64,000 nt of DNA, from contig CATNEN010000007.1 in the NCBI GenBank assembly GCA_950097015.1, forward strand, positions 5,022,001 to 5,086,000, written 5' to 3'. Below, in pieces: positions 61,926 to 64,000 of the stretch. Origin of the DNA: Macrostomum hystrix. Its lineage: Eukaryota > Animalia > Platyhelminthes. The notes under the pieces were generated by a model that saw only the letters and a program-made list of their open reading frames with translations, was not told the DNA's origin and ran no database searches. The position numbers and the translations under genes are program-made. The first letter of the stretch is position 1. Each line of letters begins with the position of its first letter.

Positions 61926-62529
61926 TGCATCCCTAGTTTGTTATAGTCCTAAATCTTTTACCTGCTTAACATTGTTCCAATTTACAAAATGAGCTACTAT
62001 AATTTTATGTCAATAGTTTATTTATGGTTTTGTAATTTGCTCTAATTTATGCAGCTGCTATGCGGTATTGCGAAAGAGTAGGACCGATAAAAGCAGGCAC
62101 ACCTGTTTTATAAATACTTTTTTGATTCTACAATTTGCATACTGGCTTATGTTTGTGTTTATATGCGCAAACAATTGTGAGTGAAATCTTCGGAATTAAT
62201 GAGCCAACTCTGGGCCTCCCGCTCAGATACAGGCGGCAATTTGTTTACATCGCAACGATAAATGCAACCCAGGTTTGGACGATTCCCCCAATTCCATGGG
62301 ATATCCGGACCTCGCTGAAACTTGACTCGATACTTTCACTTCTCCTATGGCCGAGTGTGTCCAGCTCCCACCACTCACCTTAGCAACCGAGCATAGCTAC
62401 TGCCACCCACCCCTATACTGTGATTTCAATTTAGAATTGAAGGCGAAAAACACCCCCTCCGACCCACCCCGGCCCACAACAACCCCACCCCAGTCCGGGC
62501 CTCACTAAATGGGCGAAAGCTGACACGCC

Positions 62530-62750
62530 TTCGCAACCCGGAAATTTCCTTTTTTTCTTCTCTTTCTATTTTTCTCTCGAAGTTTTTTCTCTAGGGTGAA
62601 GGAGGAACCGGCGGACTGGGCCCAGCCAATCAGAGACCGGGCCACCCCACCTCCCAGCCCACTCTCACCCAGGTCCAGGCGGCTCCATTTCTACTGCGCC
62701 AGTTCTCATGCCCTCGCTCGCTCTCAGTCTCCGGCTCACACTATATTTAG
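62530..62750 (+). promoter_or_regulatory. Six1/2b proximal promoter (ETS-like, CCAAT, CACCC, TATA-like)
   Basis: CCGGAAA ~62538, CCCAGCCAATCAG 62621-62633, CCACCCCAC ~62642, TATATTTA ~62742. Confidence 0.5.
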
Positions 62751-62966
62751 TCTCGATTGTCTTTAGCGATCCAGTTTCCAATTTCCAGCGGCATCAAATT
62801 CAATAATCCCACAGCTACAACTTCATTGTTCCCACTAGCCCACCCACGCGATATAGTTATCCCATTTCTGGGATCGTGCCGAACTACTGTCGTCGAGTGA
62901 TTCAATAACTGCAGCGCGTGTAAGCCGACCGCGGAAGGAATTCAATACATCAGCCCGGGAGAGTAG

Positions 62967-63159
62967 GTAAGTCAATCTTATCCAGGGAGATCGTGTGTCA
63001 CAGTCGGGCTGTAGGGGGCTTTGAGGCGAGAGTGAGGCAGCAGGAAGAAGGGAGGGGCCGGCATTGAGAATCCGATCTCGCACTCAATAGCAACCGCTGA
63101 GCGTACTGTGCCCGCACCTACCCCAAGCCCGCCCTTCGTGCTCCAATTTCTGTCTGCAG
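62967..63159 (+). other. Predicted 5'-UTR intron of Six1/2b
   Basis: Consensus donor AG/GTAAGT at 62967; pyrimidine tract and tandem CAGCAG acceptor at 63157-63162; lies between a TATA-like element (~62742) and the ATG. Confidence 0.55.
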
Positions 63160-63231
63160 CAGTGAAGAAATAATAAAGGCACCAGCCGGGCACTTCAGCG
63201 GTTAAAATAAGAGAGGCCGAACGACTGGCAG

Positions 63232-63983
63232 ATGATCCAGCAGCCGGCCGACTGCTACCTGGCCTGCTCAACTGAGGACGAGGCGGCCGTCTTTACTCAG
63301 CAGCAGCAGCAGCAGCAGCAGACATTGCTGACGCAAAGCGCTCAGCAAGAGCTTCATCAGCTGATTCCGCAGCATCAGCTGTCGGATGATTCCGAATGTT
63401 CCGGCGGTGGCGGTGGCGTCGGTGGCAACGGCAGCGGAGGCTGCCGCTTCACCCAGGATCAGGTAGCCTGCGTCTGTGAGGTGATGCGCAACTCAGGCGA
63501 CATGGACCGCCTGTCCCGCCTCATCTGGTCTCTGCCACCTTGCGAGCAGCTGCACCGCAATGAGTCCGTGCTCACCGCCAAGGCCTACGTGGCCTCGCAC
63601 CGGGAGAACTACAAGGAGCTGTACAGAATCCTGGAGAGCCACAGCTTCTCGCCGCGGCTGCACCCGCAACTGCAGGCGCTCTGGCTGAACGCACACTATC
63701 GCGAGGAGGAGAAAGTCAAGGGGCGGCCGCTCGGTGCCGTGGCCAAGTACCGGGTGCGCCGGAAGTTCCCGCTGCCGCGGACAATCTGGGACGGCGAGGA
63801 GACATCCTACTGCTTCAAAGAGAAGTCGCGCCAGGTGCTGCGCGAGTGGTACACGCACAATCCGTATCCTTCGCCGAGGGAGAAGAAAGAGCTGGCTGAG
63901 GAGACAGGCCTGACCACCACGCAGGTGTCCAACTGGTTCAAGAACCGCCGGCAGAGGGACCGAGCCGCCGATGGCAAGGACAG
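63232..63983 (+). CDS. Six1/2: Six1/2 paralogue b, first coding exon (gene continues beyond window)
   Basis: Six domain plus homeodomain with ETSY; in-frame TAA at 63208 upstream of the ATG; donor gtgagt at 63984 in the same phase-2 position as paralogue a. Confidence 0.95.
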
Positions 63984-64000
63984 GTGAGTGCCCGGGAATT

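Overview
Eukaryotic (animal) genomic DNA with spliceosomal introns; most long ORFs in the six-frame track are artefacts of tandem repeats. Genes supported: (1) the 3' five exons of an ADAM17/TACE-like metalloprotease (+, 644-3451); (2) a complete five-exon Lhx3/4 LIM-homeobox gene (-, 10982-6003, 407 aa); (3) a complete two-exon Six1/2 gene (+, 35006-41896, 450 aa); (4) a tail-anchored membrane protein with SILK and RVxF PP1-docking motifs, consortin-like (+, 49890-50579); (5) the first coding exon of a second, more divergent Six1/2 paralogue (+, 63232-63983, continues past the window). About 25 kb (~39%, from my approximate boundaries) consists of ~37 different minisatellite/microsatellite arrays that alternate regularly with 0.3-1.5 kb islands of unique sequence and never interrupt coding exons. 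Mobile elements: a young tRNA-derived SINE with a 15-bp TSD, two diverged copies of a second tRNA-SINE, further SINE fragments, and a hAT (Charlie-type) MITE with an 8-bp TSD. No rRNA, functional tRNA or CRISPR array is supported. GC3-rich exons, polyQ tracts and dense single-locus minisatellites suggest an invertebrate such as the flatworm Macrostomum; this is inference, not verified. Repeat boundaries are approximate (about +/-20 bp); exon boundaries were checked for GT-AG and phase consistency.
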